NCBI GenBank assembly: GCA_024403555.1
Contig: JAKSRP010000004.1
Location: forward strand, 8,888-72,887
Length of the DNA stretch: 64,000 nt
Direction of reading: 5' to 3'
Source of the DNA: Lachnospiraceae bacterium
GTDB lineage: Bacteria; Bacillota; Clostridia; Lachnospirales; Lachnospiraceae
Shown here: piece after piece, positions 41,160-50,165 of the stretch
How the letters are laid out: each line of letters opens with the position of its first letter
How positions within the stretch are numbered: the stretch's first letter is position 1
The notes under the pieces: model-generated
Seen by the model: the letters and a program-made list of their open reading frames with translations, nothing else
What the model was told of the DNA's origin: nothing
Databases searched by the model: none
Translations under genes and position numbers: made by a program

Positions 41160-41897
41160 CTATATCCCCAGTCTCTTCATCACACCATCTGCCCCAATTC
41201 CTGGATGAGTCACGACCATGCGACATACCTGATCGGCGAGTTCTTCACTAATCCCATGGCGTCTTGCCACCTGTCGAACGGACTTTCCGCGGTTAAAATC
41301 GCGAATCATCTTTGGTAAACGGTCGCCAAAATCAGCCGGAATCTCCAAACGAGCACCCATAGTTCCACTACCTGCAAGTTCAGCCAAGCTTGAAACTCCC
41401 GGTTTTCCAACACCACCACTCATCTTCACTTCAGGCGCAATTTCAATATACTCTGTCGTAAACTCGCCATCTCCGATCCACAAAATCACCAAAGAATTCA
41501 TCTTGCCAAAACGTCTCGGCCCGCAGCTTCCTGGATTTAGAAAATGTGCCCCATCTGCGTCAAGTTCTTCATACATATGAGAATGCCCATAAACCACTAA
41601 TGTTGCATCTTGAAAATCAAGCGGCGTATAACGCCGATCACGAATGTTGTGAATCATAAACACCTTCACCCCAAACACATCATAAACTGCCGTATCCGGA
41701 ATGTCCTGGGCCCATTCCCGATCATTGTTGCCACGAATCACACGCACCGGCGCAATTTTCTTAAGTTCCTCTAAAATCTCCGGTTTGCAAATGTCTCCCG
41801 CATGGAGAATCAGCTCACATCCTGATAAATGCTCAAGCACTTCTTTTCTTAACTTGTTGTGTGTATCAGAGATGACACCAATTTTATGTTTTGCCAT
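41160..41897 (-). CDS. YfcE-type metallophosphoesterase with C-terminal HTH-like extension
   Basis: ISDTH, HAGD, RGNND, GHSH, NPGS; tail SVRQVARRHGISEELA. Confidence 0.85.
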   Translation of the reverse strand: MAKHKIGVISDTHNKLRKEVLEHLSGCELILHAGDICKPEILEELKKIAPVRVIRGNNDREWAQDIPDTAVYDVFGVKVFMIHNIRDRRYTPLDFQDATLVVYGHSHMYEELDADGAHFLNPGSCGPRRFGKMNSLVILWIGDGEFTTEYIEIAPEVKMSGGVGKPGVSSLAELAGSGTMGARLEIPADFGDRLPKMIRDFNRGKSVRQVARRHGISEELADQVCRMVVTHPGIGADGVMKRLGI

Positions 41898-42393
41898 ATT
41901 CACATACCTCTTTTACTACCTTCCACTCCGTCATCAAACGATCAATCTGCCACGCAGCATTTGCCGGGCTGGTCGATGGAAGAGCTACCGCAGAAATTCC
42001 CAGTTCCTTTTCCTGATATTTATGATAATACTTCCAGGACGTTTTCCCATTGCAGAATACGTGCGTCACCTTAGAACCAGCAATAATCTGTGCAAGGTCC
42101 GTTGGTTCCACATTTTTGATGCTGCTGTCGGAAGAACCCTTGATATCGCATGCATAAATCGCATCCCACATCGCAATATGATGCTTTAAAACAAGTGCCT
42201 TCTTCTCCTCAATCGTCTGTGGAACTGGCTCGTCAAATAATTTTGCAATCAGTGGCCAGTAGCGATTTCTTGGATGACCATAGAAAAAATTCGCCTCTCT
42301 TGATTTTACGGAAGGCAGACTTCCGAGGATCAGTACTCTTGATTCGCTGTTATATAATGGTCCAAATGGATGGACGATATGTTCATAATCCAT
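41884..42393 (-). CDS. DNA-deoxyinosine glycosylase (UDG superfamily)
   Basis: ILGSLPSVKS, YGHPRNRYW, GSSDSSI, LPSTSPANA. Confidence 0.9.
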   Translation of the reverse strand: MDYEHIVHPFGPLYNSESRVLILGSLPSVKSREANFFYGHPRNRYWPLIAKLFDEPVPQTIEEKKALVLKHHIAMWDAIYACDIKGSSDSSIKNVEPTDLAQIIAGSKVTHVFCNGKTSWKYYHKYQEKELGISAVALPSTSPANAAWQIDRLMTEWKVVKEVCEYGKT

Positions 42394-42547
42394 AATTATT
42401 CCTTCTTCCTATTTGGGTGAACTGCATCGACAAAAAAACTATCGAAGAATCCCCTTCTCGTCCTAATTATACTATAAATATTGACACTTTAGCCACTCAT
42501 CATGTACAATCTGTTTGAAACGAAATTTCACAGGAGGATATTATATT

Positions 42548-43576
42548 ATGAAACTTGCTTTCATCGGAACAGGTAAAATTATAGCTGATGCGCTTCATGC
42601 CATCACACCAGTAGATACAATCGAAAAAACCGCTATCTTTGCACGACCACACAGCAAAGCCAAAGCAGAAGCATTTGCTGCAGAATATAACATTCCAGAA
42701 ATCTATACAGACTACCAGCAGTTGCTTGCAGAAACTACTGCGGACACCGTATACATCGGGCTCATCAACAGTGCTCATTATCCATATGCAAAGGAAGCCT
42801 TATTACATGGCAAAAATGTCATCTTAGAAAAACCATTTACAGGCTTCTACGACGAAGCAAAGGAGCTTCAGGAAATCGCTGAAAGAGAAAAATTATTTAT
42901 CTTTGAAGCAGTCACCGTGCTCCACAACGAAGTATTTTATGAAATGAAAAAGAATGTAGAAAAGCTTGGCAACATGAGAATGGCCCTTTGCAACTATTCC
43001 CAGTACTCTAGCCGTTACGACGACTATCTTGCCGGCGACATTGCTCATTCTTTTGACCGTGAATACTACGGCGGCGCACTATACGATATCAATGTTTACA
43101 ACATTCACTACTGTGTTGCGTTATTCGGCGAGCCAAATGATGCCATCTATTATCCTAATATCGGACCAAATGGAATCGACACTTCTGGCACTTTAATTCT
43201 CGTTTACGACGGATTTACTGCCGTTTGTACTGGAACCAAGGATTCCGACAGCCCAGGACATATTATCATGCAGGGTGAAAAAGGTTATATGGAAATCAAC
43301 AGCAAGCCAAACATTGCTTCAAAACTCACCACAATTTACGTAGATGAAAATGTAAAAGAAAAGGTTCGCGACGCAGCCGGAGCTATGGTACGCGCAACCA
43401 TTACAGAAACATTTGACGCGCCAGAAGTATTCCACCGCATGACTCAGGAATTCAGTGACTTTGCACGCGTGATCGACGAAAAAGACTACGCAACTGCACA
43501 TGAATTCTTAAATGAATCCGTCATTGTCGTGGGCGTACTTGAAAAAGCAAGAAAGAATGCAGGAATTGAATTTTAA
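42548..43576 (+). CDS. Gfo/Idh/MocA family oxidoreductase
   Basis: AFIGTGKI, ILEKPF, YSQYSSRY, GGALYDINVYNIH. Confidence 0.88.
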   Translation: MKLAFIGTGKIIADALHAITPVDTIEKTAIFARPHSKAKAEAFAAEYNIPEIYTDYQQLLAETTADTVYIGLINSAHYPYAKEALLHGKNVILEKPFTGFYDEAKELQEIAEREKLFIFEAVTVLHNEVFYEMKKNVEKLGNMRMALCNYSQYSSRYDDYLAGDIAHSFDREYYGGALYDINVYNIHYCVALFGEPNDAIYYPNIGPNGIDTSGTLILVYDGFTAVCTGTKDSDSPGHIIMQGEKGYMEINSKPNIASKLTTIYVDENVKEKVRDAAGAMVRATITETFDAPEVFHRMTQEFSDFARVIDEKDYATAHEFLNESVIVVGVLEKARKNAGIEF

Positions 43577-43620
43577 TTAGTTGCGCGGGAAAACATCCCA
43601 AAGATGCTTTAATCTACAAA

Positions 43621-43655
43621 AGCCGTATCAGATAGTATTTCCACCTGATACGGCT
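43621..43655. terminator. Bidirectional terminator
   Basis: AGCCGTATCAG...CTGATACGGCT between convergent genes. Confidence 0.7.
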
Positions 43656-43661
43656 ATATTT

Positions 43662-44279
43662 TTATCTTAATATATATGATTTTACTGGTCCCCCAACCGG
43701 GTTATAATCTAATTCTTTATCATATTGTGCAATAAGCTCAGTAAGCTTAGCTGCGGTAAACTTTTGAAGCTCTGCCACATGATCACGATAATCACTATAA
43801 TCCAAAGCTCGAAAATCCCGCACATACTCATCTGTCCCATAAACAAAACAAGTATCGGTCGGCGCACCAATCTTCATGGCATAATAATCATATCCCACTT
43901 TATGATATTCAATCTGATACTTCCCGTCCCAGATTTTTCGTCCAACCACAAAATAAACCGGCTCACGATTCAATGGGCTCGTATTCATCTTTGTCAAAAG
44001 TTCCTGAAAAAATGCTGCGTCAATGGTGTGATGCTTTGCTAAATATAAACGAATAATCTGCTCGATTGGAATCGTGCGTGCAAATAGTGTTGCCTCATTT
44101 TCCACATGAATACCAATGGCACCACAATTGACGAGAATACCATTTGCAAATGGATGAAGCTTTTCCGGAATGCGGCCAACATGCTCTTCTAGCTTTCCTT
44201 TATTTAATTCAATCGAACCCTTAGAATCCACCAATGCAGTGATTCCATCCTTGGCACGGAAAATTCCAACCAGCGACAT
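43662..44279 (-). CDS. Hypothetical protein, possible proteasome-beta/Ntn-hydrolase-like fold
   Basis: Start MSLVGIFRAKDGITALVDSK and C-terminal PVGGPV; GGGGA RBS before ATG 44279. Confidence 0.55.
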   Translation of the reverse strand: MSLVGIFRAKDGITALVDSKGSIELNKGKLEEHVGRIPEKLHPFANGILVNCGAIGIHVENEATLFARTIPIEQIIRLYLAKHHTIDAAFFQELLTKMNTSPLNREPVYFVVGRKIWDGKYQIEYHKVGYDYYAMKIGAPTDTCFVYGTDEYVRDFRALDYSDYRDHVAELQKFTAAKLTELIAQYDKELDYNPVGGPVKSYILR

Positions 44280-44297
44280 AACATTTCCCCACAATCT

Positions 44298-44810
44298 CTA
44301 GCGATCTAACACAATCTTGCTCACTTCTCCATGTACTTCTGGCACCTCGCGGTAACGAAGTTCCATCACATACAGCCGCTCTGTCGGAATATCAAATACC
44401 TCGCGAGGATAATTCGCAGAATAGATAAAGGTAACGGATGTCTTCATCTGAATCACGCAGACATCTCCTTCTTTTTCATATTTAATGATTTCTGTCTGAT
44501 ATAGACGAAGGTTCTCATAACGAACGATTACGCCTTCGTTGATATTCTGCTCTAAAATTCTCTGAATCTCACGTTTCAAATTTTCAGAAACATAAGCAAA
44601 TTCATTCATCTGCTCGTTTGAAAAGCCGGAGAGATATTCTAACAACATATCTTCACAGCAAATCTTCCATTCATCCCAGGAAAATCCCGGAAAATCACGT
44701 GCAATAAGGGGAAGCATCATCTTCGTAATTCCCATAACCGGCTTTGGATCCGGCACAGAAACATTTGCCTCTGAATATTTATTTTTCTTTCCAAAAAGTT
44801 TAAATGCCAT
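44298..44810 (-). CDS. Hypothetical protein (Tim44/NTF2-like)
   Basis: IARDFPGFSWDEWK...S..LK..I pattern resembles Tim44-like domains; GAGGAG RBS. Confidence 0.5.
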   Translation of the reverse strand: MAFKLFGKKNKYSEANVSVPDPKPVMGITKMMLPLIARDFPGFSWDEWKICCEDMLLEYLSGFSNEQMNEFAYVSENLKREIQRILEQNINEGVIVRYENLRLYQTEIIKYEKEGDVCVIQMKTSVTFIYSANYPREVFDIPTERLYVMELRYREVPEVHGEVSKIVLDR

Positions 44811-44840
44811 AATAATCTCCTCGCAAAATACAAAACGAAT

Positions 44841-45674
44841 CTAGGATTCTTTATGGAATATATTATAAATCAAAACCGTACCGATAACAATAAATGCACC
44901 AATCAGTGACATCTTTGAAAGCACCTCGCCAAACATCACAGCTACAATGATTGGATTAAGTATCGGCTCAACCCCATTAATTAAACTTGCTGTAACTGGA
45001 TGGGTGTATTTTGTACCATAAGAAAAAAGAAGGTATGCAAGGCCAACCTGCACTACACCGAGAAATAGTACTGCCAAAATGACTGGCTGGGAAAAATCGT
45101 TTTCCCGCAAAACGAGTGGACTTAATAACAGACCACTGATCAACTGTCCGAGAAAGAGGGATGAAATCGCATCCCCACGCTCAAACTGATTTAGCATAAA
45201 TACTCCCGCATAGAAAGCCCCAGACAAGATAGCAATCACATTTCCTAAAAAGCCACCTCCAGAAATGCTGTCGAAAAAGAAGCATAGGATGCCGGCGAAA
45301 ACGACAAAAATGGTCGCAATCTGGAATTTATCTGGTTTTTGATGGAAAAACAAAAACATGAGGATGATAATCCAGACCGGACAGGTAAATTGTAGAATAA
45401 TCGCATTGCCTGCTGTGGTGAGTTTATTGGCAATGACGAACAAGGTTGTTACTCCAAAGGAACAGGCTGCTCCGGCAAGTACTGTCGTATTCACTTTTAA
45501 TTTATGTTTTGTAATGAGCATATAAAGTCCAAATATCCCCATTGCAATAAAATTTCTTGCGCCGTTGATGGCAAGCGCATTCCAAGGAATGAATTTCAGG
45601 GCTGCGCCTCCACCGGCAAAGCAGACGGAAGCACATAGCATCATCAGCGGTCCAAGTTTTTGTTTCGTATCCAT
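44841..45674 (-). CDS. DMT/EamA family transporter
   Basis: About 10 TM helices, TTAGNAIILQFTCP, EPILNP; start uncertain (45674 or 45710). Confidence 0.85.
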   Translation of the reverse strand: MDTKQKLGPLMMLCASVCFAGGGAALKFIPWNALAINGARNFIAMGIFGLYMLITKHKLKVNTTVLAGAACSFGVTTLFVIANKLTTAGNAIILQFTCPVWIIILMFLFFHQKPDKFQIATIFVVFAGILCFFFDSISGGGFLGNVIAILSGAFYAGVFMLNQFERGDAISSLFLGQLISGLLLSPLVLRENDFSQPVILAVLFLGVVQVGLAYLLFSYGTKYTHPVTASLINGVEPILNPIIVAVMFGEVLSKMSLIGAFIVIGTVLIYNIFHKES

Positions 45675-45681
45675 AGTACTC

Positions 45682-46359
45682 TTAAGCCTGTTCTCCTGTA
45701 AATTTATCAATCATGATCGACATCGCGCGGTTCATGCTTCTGATGCTGCTCTTTAAAATGCTGAACATATTGGCATGTTCTGGATAATAATTTACGCAGT
45801 AAGATGCTATGGGAAGCAGGAAATCATCTGTTTCACGTACATATTTTTTGATTTTTTCTGGCTTTAGCGCATAAAGCGTGCCGCTGTTGTGAAGACGGTC
45901 ACTTAATTTGATCATACAGGCTTTTTCGTTATGTAACATGGTTTCAAAATGTTCACATAATTCGTCGTCACTCATTCCAGAGTGTTTTGTGAGTAAGCTT
46001 ACAATGTCATAAACTTCTTTATCTAAATTATATTCTGTATAAAGCTCGATGCCCCCCTGTGGAAGCTTGTCCATGCAGTCTTCTAATACATCATGTAAGA
46101 GTGCTGCTGCAAGTGTCGCATCATCACGAACATTATAGGAAATGAGTGTGCTGCACACTTTTAACGGATGAATGAGATATGGAGATCCATCCTTTCTATA
46201 CTGACCTTCGTGAAGACGTCTCGCAAGCGCAAGCGCAATTAATGTCTGTGGAAGTCCTACACCCGTTGCATAGCCTTTGATAAAAAAGTAGGTTTTTGCA
46301 TAAACTTCGGTATCTGCTTTATTAAATGTAATCTTTTCCTTCAATGTATTTGTTCCCAT
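45682..46359 (-). CDS. Stand-alone (p)ppGpp-hydrolase-like HD protein (small alarmone hydrolase/Mesh1-like)
   Basis: HEGQYRKDGSPYLIHP, ALLHDVLED, LTK, IKLSDRLHN; no synthetase domain. Confidence 0.8.
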   Translation of the reverse strand: MGTNTLKEKITFNKADTEVYAKTYFFIKGYATGVGLPQTLIALALARRLHEGQYRKDGSPYLIHPLKVCSTLISYNVRDDATLAAALLHDVLEDCMDKLPQGGIELYTEYNLDKEVYDIVSLLTKHSGMSDDELCEHFETMLHNEKACMIKLSDRLHNSGTLYALKPEKIKKYVRETDDFLLPIASYCVNYYPEHANMFSILKSSIRSMNRAMSIMIDKFTGEQA

Positions 46360-46561
46360 ATCTTTTCCTCCTACCGTTTCCCATCTGAATAAGTGAATAA
46401 ATTTTACTATCTGAAATTTCTTTTTTCAAGGGATTTTCGCTTATTTGTCAGATAAATTTATTCATTTTTGTTTATTTTGGAAATATAATAATTAATAAAT
46501 ATATACATAGTTTTCAATACTATGTTATGATAGAGAAGATGAATAAAAGGAGTGAGAACTT

Positions 46562-47416
46562 ATGAAAAAATATATCATTTTAGCAGAATCTGGCGGTGAC
46601 GTTCCAAAAGATCTCATCGACAAATACGGCATCTATACAGTACCGATGCACGTTTCCTTTGGAGATGTGACAAAAGACGACGGAACATTTCCTGTCACAG
46701 ATATCTTCGAATATTACGAAAATACAAAACAGCTTCCTCAGACAGCCGGCACGAACATGTATGACTTCGAGCAGGTGTATGACAAAATCCATGCAGAGCA
46801 TCCAGAAAGCACAATTCTCTATCTTGCATACTCTGCAGTTACAACCGTTAGCTACCAGTGCGGATTAAATGCCATGGAAGACCGCGACTATATCGTTGCA
46901 TTTGACACAAAATTCGCATCTGCCGGCCAGGCTTTTGTCATCGAAAAGGTTGCCGAGTTCATCGAGGCAAATGAATCTGCATCTGTGGACGACATCATAA
47001 ATTATGCGACAGAAATCCGTTCCCGCACACACATGGGATTCTTCCCTGGAGACCTTGAATATTTAAGAGCAGGTGGCCGCGTAAGCAACGCTGCTTATTT
47101 AGGAGCCAAAATCCTTTCCTTAAATCCACTGATTGAAATCGACGATGGATATCTCATTGCCAAGAAAAAATATCGTGGTAAGTTGGCGAAGGTTTCTAAG
47201 AAATTAATCAAAGATTTTACAGAGGAACACAATCTTTGCAAGGATTATGTCATGCTCATCTTCTCCCCACGTCTTCCTGAAGATTTAAAGGCAGAATTAA
47301 TGGAATATACAAAGAGCCTTGGATTTGAAAAGGTTCGCTGGGTTCAGACCGGAAGCGTTGTATCCACACACAGTGGACCGGCTGCATTCGGAATTACAGG
47401 TATGAGTGAGAAATAG
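46562..47416 (+). CDS. DegV family fatty-acid binding protein
   Basis: LEYLRAGGRV, STHSGP, typical length. Confidence 0.88.
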   Translation: MKKYIILAESGGDVPKDLIDKYGIYTVPMHVSFGDVTKDDGTFPVTDIFEYYENTKQLPQTAGTNMYDFEQVYDKIHAEHPESTILYLAYSAVTTVSYQCGLNAMEDRDYIVAFDTKFASAGQAFVIEKVAEFIEANESASVDDIINYATEIRSRTHMGFFPGDLEYLRAGGRVSNAAYLGAKILSLNPLIEIDDGYLIAKKKYRGKLAKVSKKLIKDFTEEHNLCKDYVMLIFSPRLPEDLKAELMEYTKSLGFEKVRWVQTGSVVSTHSGPAAFGITGMSEK

Positions 47417-47430
47417 TTTGTTGGAATACA

Positions 47431-47466
47431 AAAATGCCGCGCCGGCAATTGCCGGCGCGGCATTTT
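47431..47466. terminator. Bidirectional terminator (perfect 36-bp palindrome)
   Basis: AAAATGCCGCGCCGGCAATTGCCGGCGCGGCATTTT. Confidence 0.85.
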
Positions 47467-48171
47467 TTACACAATATTAATAATTTCTGTTAGTTCATCC
47501 ACAATCCAGTCAACACTTCCATCTTCTATCTTTTGAGCTGGATTTCTGCGGTAAAAACAAGTTTTCATACCATATTCTCGCCCGCCTGCCATGTCGGAAG
47601 TCATGGAATCTCCGATAATCAGGCACTCTTCTGGCTTGATTTTATCTTCTTCCGCCCTTCCTTCATTGATTTTTTCGAAGCAATAATCGAAAAATCCTGC
47701 TGCCGGCTTGCTAATTCCACAATCTTCTGAAATAAAAATATGATCAAAATATTTTGTCATATCGGCAAGTCCTAACCGGCGGTTCTGCTGATAGGATGGT
47801 CCGTTGCTCGCCGCACAAACCAGATAGTTTGAAGCAAGATGTGCAAGCATTTCGACCGAGCCATCCACGATAATATAGCTGTCAAATAATGCTTTTCGAA
47901 AATAAGTTTCAAACGTTGGTCCATCAAAATCAATGCCGATCAGCTCAAAAATGATGTTCCAGCGTACTTTTTGAAGTTCTTCAAAAGTAATTTCTGCAAG
48001 TTCAATTTTTCGCCACAACTTATCATTCTCTCGCTTAAAAATATCATACATCCAGGGTTCATATGCCTTTAGCCCAAAATGTATAAATCCATCCTTCATC
48101 GTCTGGCGAACGTATTCATCAAAGTCTAACAACGTATTATCAATGTCGACAAAAATAGCTTTTAATTTCAT
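47467..48171 (-). CDS. YjjG-like HAD-superfamily nucleotidase
   Basis: DIDNTLLDF, SNG, KP, IGDSMTSD. Confidence 0.88.
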   Translation of the reverse strand: MKLKAIFVDIDNTLLDFDEYVRQTMKDGFIHFGLKAYEPWMYDIFKRENDKLWRKIELAEITFEELQKVRWNIIFELIGIDFDGPTFETYFRKALFDSYIIVDGSVEMLAHLASNYLVCAASNGPSYQQNRRLGLADMTKYFDHIFISEDCGISKPAAGFFDYCFEKINEGRAEEDKIKPEECLIIGDSMTSDMAGGREYGMKTCFYRRNPAQKIEDGSVDWIVDELTEIINIV

Positions 48172-48172
48172 A

Positions 48173-48706
48173 TTAGATGTTTTTCCCAACTTCAAGCATT
48201 TCCTCCATTGCAGATTCATTTGCCGCAAGGTCAGTAGTCTTGCTAGCAGAGAATTTGTTGAAGAAAACGATATTCCAGTCAAGATACTTTTCGATGCAAT
48301 TAAACTGCTGTTTGATAAGATCATACTGGCCATCACTTGTTGCAGCACCACCAACCACGATCAATCCAACCTGCTTATTCTTGATAAATGCACCTTTGCA
48401 GTAGCATTTGTCAATCACCATCTTTAACTGAGCGGTGATGCCCCACCAGTAAACAGGGGTCGCGAACACGATCATGTCAGCAGCTACTAATTTGTCCACA
48501 ATCATGTTAGTGTCGTCTTTGTCGATGCAGCCTTTGTAACATTCGCAGGCGTTGCATCCCTTACAAGGTGCCACATTAAGCTTGTAAGTATCTACAACCT
48601 CCACTTCATGACCTTTGTTTGCTGCGTTAATTCCTTTTACGAAAGCCTCGATGGCTGCAAATGTGTTGCCCTTACGAGGACTACCGTTTAAAATAACAAT
48701 TTTCAT
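48173..48706 (-). CDS. Flavodoxin-family / NADPH-dependent FMN reductase (iron-sulfur flavoprotein-like)
   Basis: NGSPRKGNT, CKGCNAC...C, ATPVYW. Confidence 0.85.
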   Translation of the reverse strand: MKIVILNGSPRKGNTFAAIEAFVKGINAANKGHEVEVVDTYKLNVAPCKGCNACECYKGCIDKDDTNMIVDKLVAADMIVFATPVYWWGITAQLKMVIDKCYCKGAFIKNKQVGLIVVGGAATSDGQYDLIKQQFNCIEKYLDWNIVFFNKFSASKTTDLAANESAMEEMLEVGKNI

Positions 48707-48772
48707 TTTCTTCTCTCTCCTTTTTGACATTTATTATATTATAGCACGGATTAAGGGGAGCTGGTATATGCG

Positions 48773-48833
48773 CATCCCCCGGAGGGTTTTTGATATACAG
48801 GAAATTGCATAGCAATTTCCTGTATATCAAAAA
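48773..48833. repeat. Palindromic REP-like element
   Basis: CATCCCCCGGAGGGTTTTT followed by a perfect 22-bp hairpin (48787-48833). Confidence 0.6.
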
Positions 48834-48950
48834 ACACCTGCCGCTCACGACTTCGGCAGGTGTTTTATGTTGAAAAGAGAGGATAAAAAATATATGAAAA
48901 ACTATTTTCGTTAAGTATAAGTGTTGATCGGTTGATCATTTCCTTAACTG
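48829..48950 (-). ncRNA. Candidate trans-acting sRNA with an anti-RBS/anti-start segment
   Basis: TATAAT at 48957-48962, terminator CACCTGCCG/CGGCAGGTG plus U-tract, internal UUUUUCAUAUAUUUUUUAUCCUCUCUUUUC. Confidence 0.5.
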
Positions 48951-49082
48951 TCTTTTATTATACTCTCTATTTTTCAGAATGCTATTTACTCCATATAAAC
49001 AATTATAAAGAGTCTATAAATATGGTTTAAGGCTTTCTGAAAAAGCTTAAGAAATCCTTACGGCCTTCTTATGATATTTTTA

Positions 49083-49586
49083 CTATGCAATTCTCTCCAA
49101 AAATTTTTTTAATTCTTCTTTGGAAATCATCACATCTTCGATGGAATTTAAACTTGCATCTGCTGCTTCATAATCTGGTACAGCGAAAAATGCTTTTTCT
49201 CCCCACACAAGTTCATTATTAGCCAAAATTTCTTTAGCATAGCGATTATCCGATAAATCCACCAGTACTTTGGCACGATTCACACCACACTGGCCGGAAA
49301 GACGTGTCAACAAAACCGGATCATCGATACGCTGATGATTTGTAAAGTAAGCTTCGAAAACCAGTTTGTGGAATTTCATCACATCACCGCCCTGTGCCTG
49401 TACAGATAACATAGCCTGACTTGCCGTATCGCTGTAAATGCTCATACGCTCTGGTCTTGGATGTGCCTCGCATGGCACCCAGATCACCGAAATATCAGGA
49501 AACTGTGGCAGAAGATCCATCAAATCCATTACACCACGGTAACAATATGGACAAATATAATCAAAATATACAGTTAATTCTTTCAT
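49083..49586 (-). CDS. DsbA/FrnE-like thioredoxin-fold protein
   Basis: YFDYICPYCY and AVP (cis-Pro loop). Confidence 0.82.
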   Translation of the reverse strand: MKELTVYFDYICPYCYRGVMDLMDLLPQFPDISVIWVPCEAHPRPERMSIYSDTASQAMLSVQAQGGDVMKFHKLVFEAYFTNHQRIDDPVLLTRLSGQCGVNRAKVLVDLSDNRYAKEILANNELVWGEKAFFAVPDYEAADASLNSIEDVMISKEELKKFLERIA

Positions 49587-49600
49587 TCTATGCGACTCCC

Positions 49601-49822
49601 TTAATAGATTTTCTTGATTTCGCCTTCAATATCATACATTTCCTTGAATTCATCCAAATCCTTTTCGGTAATGATGAACATGATATCTTCAAATTTTTTT
49701 GTCTTCTTATCTTCAAATCCAGCAACCTGCTGTCCATTGCAGATACTACATTTGATTACAGGAAGCTTGGTTTCTTTATCATAGGTTTTCTTTTCGATTT
49801 TCTTTTTCTTTTTAAAAAACAT
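49601..49822 (-). CDS. Small conserved hypothetical protein (CSIC motif)
   Basis: PVIKCSICNGQQVAGF...FEDIMFI; in operon context. Confidence 0.7.
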   Translation of the reverse strand: MFFKKKKKIEKKTYDKETKLPVIKCSICNGQQVAGFEDKKTKKFEDIMFIITEKDLDEFKEMYDIEGEIKKIY

Positions 49823-49834
49823 CTCTGTGCCTCT

Positions 49835-50113
49835 CTAAAATCGAAACCCGAATTCCATTTCATCGGGATCCACCTTCATATCCTTCATATCGATTTCCGT
49901 AATTCTGATATAGCGGTCATTGTTCAGTTCTACAAGCATTCGGTCGATATTTTCAGAAAAGCCCTGAGCTTCCATCTCCACATCTCCACTTGCCGTATTT
50001 CGCACCCAGCCGGTAAGTCCTAGTCGTCTCGCCAGCATAAATGCAGTTGCACGAAATCCTACGCCCTGAACTCGTCCGGAAAAAATAAAATGTTTTCGCA
50101 CCATTTGTGTCAT
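49835..50113 (-). CDS. Acylphosphatase
   Basis: GRVQGVGFR and GWVRN signatures. Confidence 0.92.
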   Translation of the reverse strand: MTQMVRKHFIFSGRVQGVGFRATAFMLARRLGLTGWVRNTASGDVEMEAQGFSENIDRMLVELNNDRYIRITEIDMKDMKVDPDEMEFGFRF

Positions 50114-50165
50114 ATAATCACCTTTCAAATTTTGCAAGTCTAATTCTCGCACCGAGTACGCCATT

